Source: Acutalibacteraceae bacterium (lineage in GTDB: Bacteria > Bacillota > Clostridia > Oscillospirales > Acutalibacteraceae). From it: a stretch of 27,020 nucleotides of DNA. The translations under genes were made by a program, and so were the position numbers. Below the pieces are notes generated by a model. The model was not told the DNA's origin. It searched no databases and saw nothing but the letters and a program-made list of their open reading frames with translations. The DNA is taken from contig JBGUUF010000175.1 of assembly GCA_045133435.1 (NCBI GenBank), positions 1 through 27,020 of the forward strand, written 5' to 3'. Below are positions 9,901 through 17,566 of the stretch, piece after piece. How positions within the stretch are numbered: the first letter of the stretch is position 1; each line of letters begins with the position of its first letter.

Positions 9901-10672
9901 CAACGAGGGCAAGGAGATCGAGAACAAGCTCAAGCGTGGTACGGTAACAACCACAAAGGTAGATGAGGAATATCCTGAAAACAAGCTGTCCGGCGCTGTG
10001 TTTGAGATTTACGCAGATGTTGACGGCGACGGAAAATTCAATAAGGACGTTGATGTTCTAATTGACACAATGACCGAATCCGATAAAGACAAGGGCAATT
10101 ACTCCCTCGGCGATCTTGTAAAAGGCGGTTACTTCATGTATGAGGCAAAAGCGCCCGAAGGTTTCGTAAAGGACGATAACTATCACTATTTTGAGATTAG
10201 CGAGGATGGCGACGTTATCAATGTTGAGAACAAAGCAGGCGTAGGCTTTATCAATAAGCCTATTTACGGCGAGCTTGAAATCACCAAGAGAGATGTTGCA
10301 ACCGGAAAGCTTCTCCCGAATGCCGGATTCCGCATCAAGGATGAAAACGGCAATATCGTCGCTGAGGGTTATACCGATGAAAACGGCGTAGCAAAGTTCA
10401 AGCTCCGTTACGGCAAGTACACCTATGAGGAATTTGACGCTCCCGACGGTTATATCCTTGATTCCAAGCCTTATTCCTTTGAAATCAAAGAGGACGGACA
10501 GATCGTTAAGGCTGAAATGACCAACGAGAAACAGCCCACTCCCGACACACCCCAGACCGGCGATGACTCCAATATGGGCGTACTGATCGGTATCGGCGCG
10601 GTCGCTGTCGGCGGTCTCATTGCTTTCCTTATCATCAAGTTCAAAAAGAGAGATGAGGATGACGATGACTGA
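6977..10672 (+). CDS. Sortase-anchored adhesin with N-terminal thioester domain (TED) and multiple SpaA/CnaB-type isopeptide domains
   Basis: Signal peptide, YCIEPG (7232-7249) and TQLIVW (7409-7426) TED motifs, repeated KxxED...TxTE...FxN domains, TPQTG (10547-10561) plus hydrophobic helix and basic tail. ATG 6977 lies 7 nt after AAAGGA. Confidence 0.85.
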   Translation: MDKIVSRKNFRRVSALILAAVTILSVFFALPVGAQTGDKTTITFDYCYDTAGNIITFAKTVTNGSVTVGTPGEELCRIYADGKDAYCIEPGYSLFSGNQLTEGKSSVWDGVSAAKRKAINIALLYGKPGSGKNLSGTEGQKWIATQLIVWELMTGCRNTSEGFKCTNTKYIDGMCAGDKNPGVKSVYNSISKSMAAHSTVPSFAAVLASKAPTHTMEYKDGKYQITLTDNNGVLSQFNYKTSGNIAVSISGNKMTLATNSPITEEKTLAINKTVPTVSSNSVLVAHGDSSKQDVITGLAAPDPVPSIFKLKTSAGHLKIVKTAEDGNVSGIEFTVKGSNYNKTAKTDKNGELILAGLVPGTYTVTETPSDKYVKQPAQTVKVENGKTATVKFNNSINRGNLDIVKTSEDGVVADIQFTVKGTNYNQTAKTDKNGKISLTNLLPGSYTVTEAPSEKYEKQAPQTVKVEYGKTATVKFHNTIDRGALDIIKTSEDGVVADIEFTVTGNNFNKTVKTDKDGKINIPNLLPGKYTITEKTPDRYVNQQSQIVTVEYGKTAKVSFKNVLKRSEIVIQKKDMESKKIIPLAGFGFQIKKADGTLVKADGKDTFYTDKTGTIKLPIQLTYGKYQLIEVKAGIGYVLDGKPIDFNVDGTKTVVTLEQYNKAEKGTITIFKLGDIFKTVTEETVTAPTEETEPETTVPNDAKETEPTEPSKPAEPTAPYGDPSESSASQEPTKPQKPTEPTKEIFDEKTTAPTEEVTEPEEITRYIPVFEEGYLKGAEFEITAAEDITTPDGVVHYKKGEVVDTITTSKKGKAVSKQLYLGKYLIRETKSPYGYIRNAEAYPVTLSYAGETVEVTNTDLTVHNQREKAEVSLKKIIERYEKLNLGTEVQLTKVAFAIYANEDITAEDGKFIPKDGLIEIVYCDEEGNVKFETELPFGKYYVQEYSTDDHYVLDDTKYEFEFAYSEDLDVEEVHINEGKEIENKLKRGTVTTTKVDEEYPENKLSGAVFEIYADVDGDGKFNKDVDVLIDTMTESDKDKGNYSLGDLVKGGYFMYEAKAPEGFVKDDNYHYFEISEDGDVINVENKAGVGFINKPIYGELEITKRDVATGKLLPNAGFRIKDENGNIVAEGYTDENGVAKFKLRYGKYTYEEFDAPDGYILDSKPYSFEIKEDGQIVKAEMTNEKQPTPDTPQTGDDSNMGVLIGIGAVAVGGLIAFLIIKFKKRDEDDDD
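7919..8674 (+). repeat. Three tandem 252-bp (84-aa) in-frame domain repeats inside the adhesin
   Basis: Units start at 7919, 8171 and 8423 (GHLKIVKTAEDG / GNLDIVKTSEDG / GALDIIKTSEDG), with many synonymous differences. Confidence 0.9.
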
Positions 10673-11031
10673 TGAGAAACGTGTATGTCTGCTCGCCCTT
10701 GCGCGGTAACATCACCGAAAACCTCGAAAAAGTAAAGCAATACGGAAAATTCGTTTTAGAGTGCGGTATGGCTCCGGTCATACCGCATTTCTATGCGGAG
10801 ATTTTAGACGATTCGGTTGATGAGGAACGCGCTCTCGGAATGACAGCAGGAACCTCACTGCTGTTTCGTGCCGACGCTTTATGGGTGTTCGGTGACAAGA
10901 TCACGGAGGGCATGAAGAAGGAGATCGCTTTTGCCGAGCACTTAAAGCTCGACATCAGATATATTACAGAAAAAGATTTAGAAATCGGAGGTAAAAAGTA
11001 TGCCAAAAAATACGGCAAAAAGAAAAAATAA
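10672..11031 (+). CDS. Nucleoside 2-deoxyribosyltransferase-like fold protein (DUF4406-like)
   Basis: VYVCSPLRG...PVIPHF...ADALWVFG..ITEGMKKEI pattern. TGATG-coupled to the adhesin. Confidence 0.65.
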   Translation: MRNVYVCSPLRGNITENLEKVKQYGKFVLECGMAPVIPHFYAEILDDSVDEERALGMTAGTSLLFRADALWVFGDKITEGMKKEIAFAEHLKLDIRYITEKDLEIGGKKYAKKYGKKKK

Positions 11032-11359
11032 GAGGATCGTGAGCGCGGTGGCAGGCGTATTGTTTGCCCTTGTGATCGTCGCCATGTCCTCTTTAACGGT
11101 TTTTGCGGCGGGAGATGTCTCATCTGCTATCCAGAGCACATGGACCTCGGCTCAGACTCAGATCAAGAACGTGGTAAACAATGTCGTGTTTCCCGTAATC
11201 GATATGATCCTCGCTGTTCTGTTTTTCGTTAAGCTGGCAACGGCGTATATGGACTACAGAAAGCATGGTCAGTTTGAATTTGCTGCGCCAGCAATACTCT
11301 TCGGCTGCCTTGTGTTCGCATTAACCGCGCCAATGTACATTTGGACTGTCCTCGGTTAA
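11000..11359 (+). CDS. VirB2/pilin-like conjugation membrane protein (DUF3852-like)
   Basis: Signal-peptide-like N-terminus ending VFA-AGDV, two hydrophobic helices, first position in the Mpf block. Confidence 0.7.
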   Translation: MPKNTAKRKNKRIVSAVAGVLFALVIVAMSSLTVFAAGDVSSAIQSTWTSAQTQIKNVVNNVVFPVIDMILAVLFFVKLATAYMDYRKHGQFEFAAPAILFGCLVFALTAPMYIWTVLG

Positions 11360-11373
11360 GGGGTGGTTTTTAA

Positions 11374-12285
11374 ATGTTTGATTGGTTAGGTGATTTATTA
11401 GGAAACGCATTCGGATCGTTAGGACAGCAGATATCAAGCGCCATCTTTGATATATTGTTGGAGTGGATATATCAGCAGATTTACAATGCGGTTGCCGATT
11501 TCTTTACGCAGATGGGCAACATGGGCGCGGAAATCTTTGATCTCGACGTTGTCAAATCCACCATCAGCTTGTTTACAATGTTTGGTTGGGCGTTGTTTGC
11601 CGCAGGAACGGTAGTCGCCGTGTTTGACGTTGCGGTTGAGTATCAGAATGGCAGAGCTTCTATCAAGACAACCGCTATCAATATTCTCAAAGGTTTCTTC
11701 GCCTGTTCGTTGATCGGCATAGTGCCTGTTGAGTTGTATAAGTTCTGTATCTCATTGCAAAATTCACTCGCAAAGGATCTGTCGCTGCTCAACGCAAGCG
11801 GAAAATCGCTCGGATTAGCGGAAGAATCAACGGAGCTATGGAAAGGCGCGTTTGCGCTTTCCGGCAGTGTGTCGTTGAGTCTGTTCAATATTCTTGCGAT
11901 GATTGCTTTTGCTTATTGTGTAGTAAAGATTTTCTTCGCCAACATCAAGCGCGGAGGCATCCTGCTGATTCAGATGGCGGTCGGTTCACTGTATATGTTC
12001 AGTCTGCCGAGAGGTTATCAGGACGGATTCAATCAATGGATGAAACAGGTGATAGCTATCTGCCTGACGGCATTTATGCAAACGACGCTGTTGTATTTGG
12101 GCTTGATGATATTCCCTGATAACATGCTGCTCGGTCTCGGTGTTATGCTTTCGGCAAACGAAGTTCCGAGGATCGCGGAGCAGTTTGGTCTGGATTCAAG
12201 CGTAAAGGTGAATATGATGTCTGTCGTACACGCAACTACAACGGCGGTAAATCTGACACGTTCCGTTGCCCGCGCAGCTTCGTAG
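11374..12285 (+). CDS. VirB6/TrbL-like polytopic conjugation membrane protein
   Basis: Multiple TM segments. KRGGILLIQMAVGSLYMFSLPRGYQDGFNQWMKQVIAICLTAFMQ resembles TrbL-family Gram-positive proteins. Confidence 0.75.
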   Translation: MFDWLGDLLGNAFGSLGQQISSAIFDILLEWIYQQIYNAVADFFTQMGNMGAEIFDLDVVKSTISLFTMFGWALFAAGTVVAVFDVAVEYQNGRASIKTTAINILKGFFACSLIGIVPVELYKFCISLQNSLAKDLSLLNASGKSLGLAEESTELWKGAFALSGSVSLSLFNILAMIAFAYCVVKIFFANIKRGGILLIQMAVGSLYMFSLPRGYQDGFNQWMKQVIAICLTAFMQTTLLYLGLMIFPDNMLLGLGVMLSANEVPRIAEQFGLDSSVKVNMMSVVHATTTAVNLTRSVARAAS

Positions 12286-12306
12286 TGTTTTGTTTGGAGG
12301 TAATAA

Positions 12307-12579
12307 ATGAAAACCTATTTATATCCGCAGAATCTCCGTGCCACAGCCAACCTCTGGCTGTGGTCGCTGCGTGATTTTGCCATTATGTGTGTAGCCCTGC
12401 TGCTCTCGATCCTTATTCTTTCGCAGACCGGAATCGTTGTCCCTCTGGCGCTGACATTGGCTTTTGCATTTCTGTCGATTCGCTTTTCAGACACGACCGT
12501 TTTGGATTTCATCAGGTATGCAGCGAAATACTTTATGCTCACACAACAGAAATTCATCTGGAAAGAAGGGAAACGATAA
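12307..12579 (+). CDS. VirB3/PrgI-like small membrane protein
   Basis: 90 aa, two TM helices, GGAGG SD, located between the VirB6-like gene and the VirB4 region. Confidence 0.65.
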   Translation: MKTYLYPQNLRATANLWLWSLRDFAIMCVALLLSILILSQTGIVVPLALTLAFAFLSIRFSDTTVLDFIRYAAKYFMLTQQKFIWKEGKR

Positions 12580-13215
12580 ATGACGAAAGAGGAAAAGAAG
12601 GCTCTGAAAGCTGAACGTAAAAAGCTGAAGAGCCTGAATAAGAAAAAGAGAAAAGGAATGTCCGTGCAGGTTCTCCTCGGCATCAAATCCTTTACCAAGC
12701 ACGGCTTGAAGGTCGGCAAGAATACCTTTGTTTTTTTCAGTGTAGTACCGACCAACATCTCGGTTCTCTCATACGAGAACATCGAAATCAAGATCAATCA
12801 TCTGATGATGGTGCTTTCTGCCGTGCCGGATATCGAAGTCAACTGCACCGACGCCGCAGAATGTTTTGATACCAACAAAAGCTATCTGTTAAAACGGATC
12901 GATAACGAGCCGCATCAGGGAGTCAGAGAGCTTCTCAAGAAGGATTTTGAATTCCTCGACAATCTCAATGTTGAAGGCTCAACAGCCAGACAGTTTCTCT
13001 TTATCGTTCGCTGTAAAAACTCGTCCGATGATCAAACGCTGACGATTGCGAACAGGGTAGAGAAGATTATCAGCGAACAGAACTTCGATATTAAGAGATT
13101 GGGCAAGGATGATATTAAACGCTTTCTCGCAATTTATTACGACGCGAGTCTCAACGGCGAAAGCATTCCCGACTACGACGGGATCCAATATCTTAAATCA
13201 GGAAAGGATGATTAA
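12580..13215 (+). CDS. Conserved conjugation-associated cytoplasmic protein
   Basis: Abuts the upstream stop. PTNISVLS...TARQFLF motif is one I recall from ICE tra regions upstream of VirB4. Confidence 0.7.
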   Translation: MTKEEKKALKAERKKLKSLNKKKRKGMSVQVLLGIKSFTKHGLKVGKNTFVFFSVVPTNISVLSYENIEIKINHLMMVLSAVPDIEVNCTDAAECFDTNKSYLLKRIDNEPHQGVRELLKKDFEFLDNLNVEGSTARQFLFIVRCKNSSDDQTLTIANRVEKIISEQNFDIKRLGKDDIKRFLAIYYDASLNGESIPDYDGIQYLKSGKDD

Positions 13216-13218
13216 ACT

Positions 13219-14058
13219 ATGCAGAGGAAGAAAGTTAGAAATTGGAAGAGTATTTGGGGCACGATCGCAGTGATCCTTGCGTTCGGCATTGTTATCTTTG
13301 CCTGCATTTATTCCCTTGCGCACAAGGCAAGTACCGAACAGCAGGCTGACGACACCTTCTCACAAATCGAGGAAACAGTCACAAAACCGCGCGTCAGACT
13401 TCCGAACCCAATTATCTGCAGTGATGACGGAAGCAGGAACGAGGAAAAGAACGCGGACGCCGAACCGCAGAATATGGCTGTGGAATACGAACAGACGGAA
13501 TACTATCAGCCCCATTCTATCGCAGAGCTCATTAATATGAATGACGACTGCTTTGGTTGGGTATCTATTGACGGTACAAACATCAGCTATCCTGTTATGC
13601 ACACTCCCTCTGATCCCGAAAAGTATTTGTATAAGGATTTCTACGGCAATTTCAGCTATAGCGGTACACCCTTTCTTGACGCGAGATGTTCCGCAGGCGA
13701 TGACAACCTCATCATCTACGGACACCACATGAACGGCGGCACGATGTTTGCCGACCTGTGTAATTACCAATATGAAAGCTACAGAAACGCGCATCCCAGC
13801 GTAGTACTTGAAACAAAGGAAGGTGCTGCCGCTTACAGAGTGTTCTCCGTTATGAGAGTGAAGTCAACCGATTATTGGTACAACTTTCTTAACGCCGAAA
13901 CAGAGAGAAAGTATGACACCAAGATCGATTACGCTTTGAAGCATTCTCTGTACAGCACCGGAATTACCCCGAAGCACGGTCAGCAGATCCTTACGCTTTC
14001 CACTTGCTGCGGCAGCGCGAAGGATGACAGGATCGTGGTACTTGCCGTTAAGGGATAA
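13219..14058 (+). CDS. srtB: Class B sortase
   Basis: N-terminal TM anchor. GW..IDGT.ISYPV, YL.KDF.G..S.SGTPFLD, NLIIYGHHM and catalytic LTLSTC...DDRIVV motifs. Confidence 0.9.
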   Translation: MQRKKVRNWKSIWGTIAVILAFGIVIFACIYSLAHKASTEQQADDTFSQIEETVTKPRVRLPNPIICSDDGSRNEEKNADAEPQNMAVEYEQTEYYQPHSIAELINMNDDCFGWVSIDGTNISYPVMHTPSDPEKYLYKDFYGNFSYSGTPFLDARCSAGDDNLIIYGHHMNGGTMFADLCNYQYESYRNAHPSVVLETKEGAAAYRVFSVMRVKSTDYWYNFLNAETERKYDTKIDYALKHSLYSTGITPKHGQQILTLSTCCGSAKDDRIVVLAVKG

Positions 14059-14077
14059 CATCTCTATCTAATTATCA

Positions 14078-14142
14078 GTCATTTGCAATGCGGATGACCG
14101 CTACCCCAAAGTCCTCCCGTTGCAAATGACGTGACAGGAGGA
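14078..14142 (+). promoter_or_regulatory. Structured leader of virB4 with anti-SD and alternative stems
   Basis: 11-bp inverted repeat GTCATTTGCAA (14078-14088) / TTGCAAATGAC (14120-14130). TCCTCC (14112-14117) is complementary to the SD GGAGGA (14137-14142). Confidence 0.45.
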
Positions 14143-14145
14143 AAA

Positions 14146-15987
14146 ATGTTTTTATTCAAAAGAAAACCTAAAGAATTAACGCCTGATGAGAAGGAGCAGA
14201 TTTACACCAAAGATTTCTTTGATATGATCCTGCCTCCGACAATCAGCTTCAAGGCAAACTACTATATCATAGGCGACAGTTATCGATCTGCCTGGGTAAT
14301 CCATGAGTACGCGCCGACCACAGAGGAACAGGCGATATTATCTCAGCTTGCAGACCGCAACGGCGTAACGCTCAGAATCTTCAACCGTCTTGTTGAGCCG
14401 TTTGAGCAGAGGAAGATCCTGCAGAACGCGGAGAGGAAGAATAAGCTGAAAACCACAGGCAACAACGTGTCCGACACCATCGAGGCACAGGGCAATTTGC
14501 AGGACGTTACTTCGCTGATTACCAATATGCAGCGCTCAAAGGAGATTCTGCTCCACTGTTCCGTATTCATGGAACTGAAAGCCAAATCCAAGAAAAAACT
14601 CAGAGAACTGCAAACCGAAATTGATATGGAGCTGGCACGCTCCAAAATCAAGGTCGACAAGCTTACCCTTCGTCAGAAGGAAGGATTTCTCTCTGTAAAT
14701 CCTCTCGGCACGAATATGTTCGGCTCGCTCTATGAGCGTGTTCTGCCTGCAAGCTCGGTGGCAAATATGTACCCGTTCAACTTCTCAGGCAAGACGGATC
14801 CCAACGGTTTCTATATCGGACGCGATAAATATGGAACGAATATCCTTGTAGACTTTGACCGCAGAACAGAGGACAAGACGAATTCAAACGTCCTCATTCT
14901 CGGCAATTCCGGACAGGGAAAATCCTTCCTTTTGAAACTGCTTCTCACCAACATCCGTGAAAGTGGTAAAGCCTTGATCTGCCTCGATCCCGAAGCGGAG
15001 TACGAGGACTTAACAAAAGCTCTCGGCGGCTGTTATATCGATTTTATGAACGGTCAGTACAAAATCAATCCGCTCGAACCGAAGGATTGGGGAGAGAGCA
15101 GCGATGAGGAAAACGATGAGAACACGCCAAACGCATTCAAGCGAGTGACAAGACTCTCTCAGCACATTGCTTTTCTCAAGGACTTCTTCCGTGCCTACAA
15201 GGATTTCACGGATCAGCAGCTCGACACCATCGAAATTCTGTTGATGAAGCTATACGCCAGATTCGGCATCACGGACGCGACCGACTACAGTCAAAAGAAA
15301 CCGTCGGATTTTCCGATCATGAAAGACCTCTATGAGATCTGCGAGGAAGAGTTCAAGACCTTCGATTCCAAGCGCAAGCACATCTATACCGAACAGACCT
15401 TGCAGGAGGTATGCCTCGGACTGCACTCTATGTGTATCGGTGCGGAATCAAAATATTTCAACGGACACACCAACATCACCGATGATACCTTCCTGTGCTT
15501 CGGCGTGAAGGGCTTGCTCGATACGAACCGCCGACTCAAGGATGCGATGCTTTTCAATATTCTGTCGTATATGAGCAACAAGCTCCTCGGCATCGGCAAC
15601 ACAGTTGCTTCCATTGACGAGTTGTATCTCTTTCTGAGTAACCGGACTGCTATCGAGTATATCCGAAACGCTATGAAGCGTGTGCGTAAGAAGGAAAGCT
15701 CCGTTATCCTCGCTTCACAGAATATCGAGGACTTCCTGCTTCCCGACATCAAGGAATTCACAAAGCCCTTGTTCTCCATTCCGACTCACCACTTCCTTTT
15801 CTATCCCGGCAACATCAACGCCAAAGACTATGAAGAGGCACTCATGGTTGAGCCGAATGAGTATCAGCTGATTCGATTCAGCTCACAGGGTACTTGCCTG
15901 TATCGCTGCGGTAACGAGCGATATCTGCTTCAGGTCATCGCCCCGAAATACAAGTCAGCATTGTTTGGTAAAGCAGGCGGCAGATAA
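14146..15987 (+). CDS. virB4: VirB4-like conjugative transfer ATPase
   Basis: Walker A GNSGQGKS, LDPEAEY, Walker B SIDELY, RVRKKESSVILASQN. ATG 14146 follows AGGAGG (the GTG at 14131 has no SD). Confidence 0.92.
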   Translation: MFLFKRKPKELTPDEKEQIYTKDFFDMILPPTISFKANYYIIGDSYRSAWVIHEYAPTTEEQAILSQLADRNGVTLRIFNRLVEPFEQRKILQNAERKNKLKTTGNNVSDTIEAQGNLQDVTSLITNMQRSKEILLHCSVFMELKAKSKKKLRELQTEIDMELARSKIKVDKLTLRQKEGFLSVNPLGTNMFGSLYERVLPASSVANMYPFNFSGKTDPNGFYIGRDKYGTNILVDFDRRTEDKTNSNVLILGNSGQGKSFLLKLLLTNIRESGKALICLDPEAEYEDLTKALGGCYIDFMNGQYKINPLEPKDWGESSDEENDENTPNAFKRVTRLSQHIAFLKDFFRAYKDFTDQQLDTIEILLMKLYARFGITDATDYSQKKPSDFPIMKDLYEICEEEFKTFDSKRKHIYTEQTLQEVCLGLHSMCIGAESKYFNGHTNITDDTFLCFGVKGLLDTNRRLKDAMLFNILSYMSNKLLGIGNTVASIDELYLFLSNRTAIEYIRNAMKRVRKKESSVILASQNIEDFLLPDIKEFTKPLFSIPTHHFLFYPGNINAKDYEEALMVEPNEYQLIRFSSQGTCLYRCGNERYLLQVIAPKYKSALFGKAGGR

Positions 15988-16006
15988 CAGAAGATTTGTC
16001 CAAGAA

Positions 16007-16032
16007 AACCTCCGCATTTTCTTGCGGAGGTT
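16007..16032 (+). terminator. Strong hairpin after virB4 (core of a larger 15983-16061 fold)
   Basis: AACCTCCGCA / TGCGGAGGTT perfect 10-bp stem with 6-nt loop. There is no long T-run on the + strand, so termination strength is uncertain. Confidence 0.55.
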
Positions 16033-16034
16033 AG

Positions 16035-16063
16035 TGGACAAGCGGTTGCTTTTCTGTTATCAT
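16035..16063 (+). promoter_or_regulatory. Sigma-A/70 promoter for the cargo genes
   Basis: TGGACA (16035-16040), 17-nt spacer, TATCAT (16058-16063) with extended TGn. Confidence 0.6.
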
Positions 16064-16097
16064 AAAGACAGATAAATTGGAAGTTAAAGAGGTAGTT

Positions 16098-16427
16098 ATG
16101 AAAATAGATTTTAATGAGTTTCAGGAAATGACAATTCCGTGTATGAATGACGGCGCGGGTATGATGACTGTGAAGATGTACAACGATGAAAACTATCGTA
16201 TCATTCCCACAAGAATACTATCAGGCGGCAGTATCGGTTTACACACACAGAACACCGGCGATGACCTAAACTATATCATCAGCGGTACGGGGAAAGCGAT
16301 TTGTAACGGCGTTGAGGAAGAACTGAAAAAAGGCGTTATGCATATTTGCCCCAAAGGTTCACAGCACACAATAATCAATACCGGTGACGATGAACTTGTT
16401 ATGCTGACAATTGTTGTGGCAAGATAA
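16098..16427 (+). CDS. Cupin domain protein
   Basis: GGSIGLHTQ...LNYIISGTG...G.MHICPKGSQHTIINTG cupin motifs. ATG 16098 follows GAGG. Confidence 0.85.
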   Translation: MKIDFNEFQEMTIPCMNDGAGMMTVKMYNDENYRIIPTRILSGGSIGLHTQNTGDDLNYIISGTGKAICNGVEEELKKGVMHICPKGSQHTIINTGDDELVMLTIVVAR

Positions 16428-16468
16428 ATTCAAATTAATAGGATTAACTGGACATTGAGGTAACGAGC

Positions 16469-16633
16469 ATGAAATTGATACCACTCAATAAGCAAAGCAA
16501 AAAAGAACAGAAGAAATACCATGCTCGACGCCGTAGGGATTGGAACGGCTTGAAGCCGACCACCAGAGTTGTCAAGAGCAAAAAGGTTTATGACAGAAAG
16601 AAGCTGCGCAAACTTGACGCGGATTCTATGTAA
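16469..16633 (+). CDS. Small very basic hypothetical protein (54 aa), not in the supplied ORF track
   Basis: GAGG SD. MKLIPLNKQSKKEQKKYHARRRRDWNGLKPTTRVVKSKKVYDRKKLRKLDADSM fills the gap between two + strand genes. Confidence 0.7.
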   Translation: MKLIPLNKQSKKEQKKYHARRRRDWNGLKPTTRVVKSKKVYDRKKLRKLDADSM

Positions 16634-16647
16634 CATAGGGGTGGAAG

Positions 16648-16938
16648 ATGGCAGACAAAAACAAAGACTATTTCTTTCGCGTGATTTCAAATCAGGTAAG
16701 GTTCGGTTGCGGGTTCAGAACTATTGACGGAAAACGTCAGTATTTTGCTTGGCATGGCTATCCTGACAGAAACAGCGATTATATCACAACAAGCGAAATC
16801 AGTGAAAGCGAGTTTAACGAGATAAACAAAAAGTATCCCAAAGAGATTATCGCTAACAGAGCAAAGGCAGAGGTGTTCCGCAATAAATATGTAGACGGTC
16901 ATCAGGTTATTCTTGAAGGCTGGGACAGACTGCTGTAA
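16648..16938 (+). CDS. Hypothetical protein
   Basis: GGGGTGG SD-like sequence, 96 aa, co-oriented and gap-filling. Confidence 0.7.
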   Translation: MADKNKDYFFRVISNQVRFGCGFRTIDGKRQYFAWHGYPDRNSDYITTSEISESEFNEINKKYPKEIIANRAKAEVFRNKYVDGHQVILEGWDRLL

Positions 16939-16979
16939 GAAAAGCCTGATAGCAACACAATTAGATAAGAGGAATCATC

Positions 16980-17273
16980 ATGAGTATATTTGCAAAGAAA
17001 TACAAGGTAGATTACTGCGGCGAAAAATACGCATATAAGAACGCAAAGGACGAATACCGCGCAGGGGAAAAGGTAACTCTCTATTACTGGATGATCGCTA
17101 CCGACACGGACTATTCTTTCAGTTTAGATGGAGCCGAACTATCACGTGACTATGATTCGAAGAAGGGATTTGTTCTCAACTTCATTATGCCTGACCATGA
17201 TGTAGTGCTGCATTGTTTTTCAAGAAACTCAATGTTAAGAGAAATGCCAAAGGAGGGTTACGATGAGCAATAA
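16980..17273 (+). CDS. Small protein resembling a single divergent InlB B-repeat-like beta domain
   Basis: YRAGEKVTL and FIMPDHDVVL motifs, GAGG SD, no signal peptide. Confidence 0.6.
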   Translation: MSIFAKKYKVDYCGEKYAYKNAKDEYRAGEKVTLYYWMIATDTDYSFSLDGAELSRDYDSKKGFVLNFIMPDHDVVLHCFSRNSMLREMPKEGYDEQ

Positions 17274-17490
17274 GATTACACTAGACACTTTATCAAACTA
17301 TGAAAAGCTTCTTATAATAGCTGCCCGTGAAGCGGATGAACGTGCAAGAGAAGATGCGCTTAATCTGTTGAGATCAAGAAAGCAAGAAGAATATATTGTT
17401 AACGGCGGTATAAAAAAGACAAAAAGCTATGGCTATACCAGAGGCGCAGAGTATTATAGCAGACCGAGGAAAACGGAACCGGATAAATAA
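17263..17490 (+). CDS. Hypothetical protein
   Basis: AGGAGG SD inside the upstream gene, 11-nt overlap, 75 aa. Confidence 0.6.
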   Translation: MSNKITLDTLSNYEKLLIIAAREADERAREDALNLLRSRKQEEYIVNGGIKKTKSYGYTRGAEYYSRPRKTEPDK

Positions 17491-17493
17491 CTA

Positions 17494-17535
17494 TTGACAT
17501 TACACTCAACTGCCTGTATAATAACGATACAGGCA
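17494..17535 (+). promoter_or_regulatory. Consensus sigma-A/70 promoter with overlapping operator-like inverted repeat
   Basis: TTGACA (17494-17499) - 17 nt - TATAAT (17517-17522). TGCCTGTAT (17511-17519) N7 ATACAGGCA (17527-17535) straddles the -10 box. Confidence 0.85.
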
Positions 17536-17566
17536 AATGCCTGCAATTCTATTTGAGGTGAGCGTA

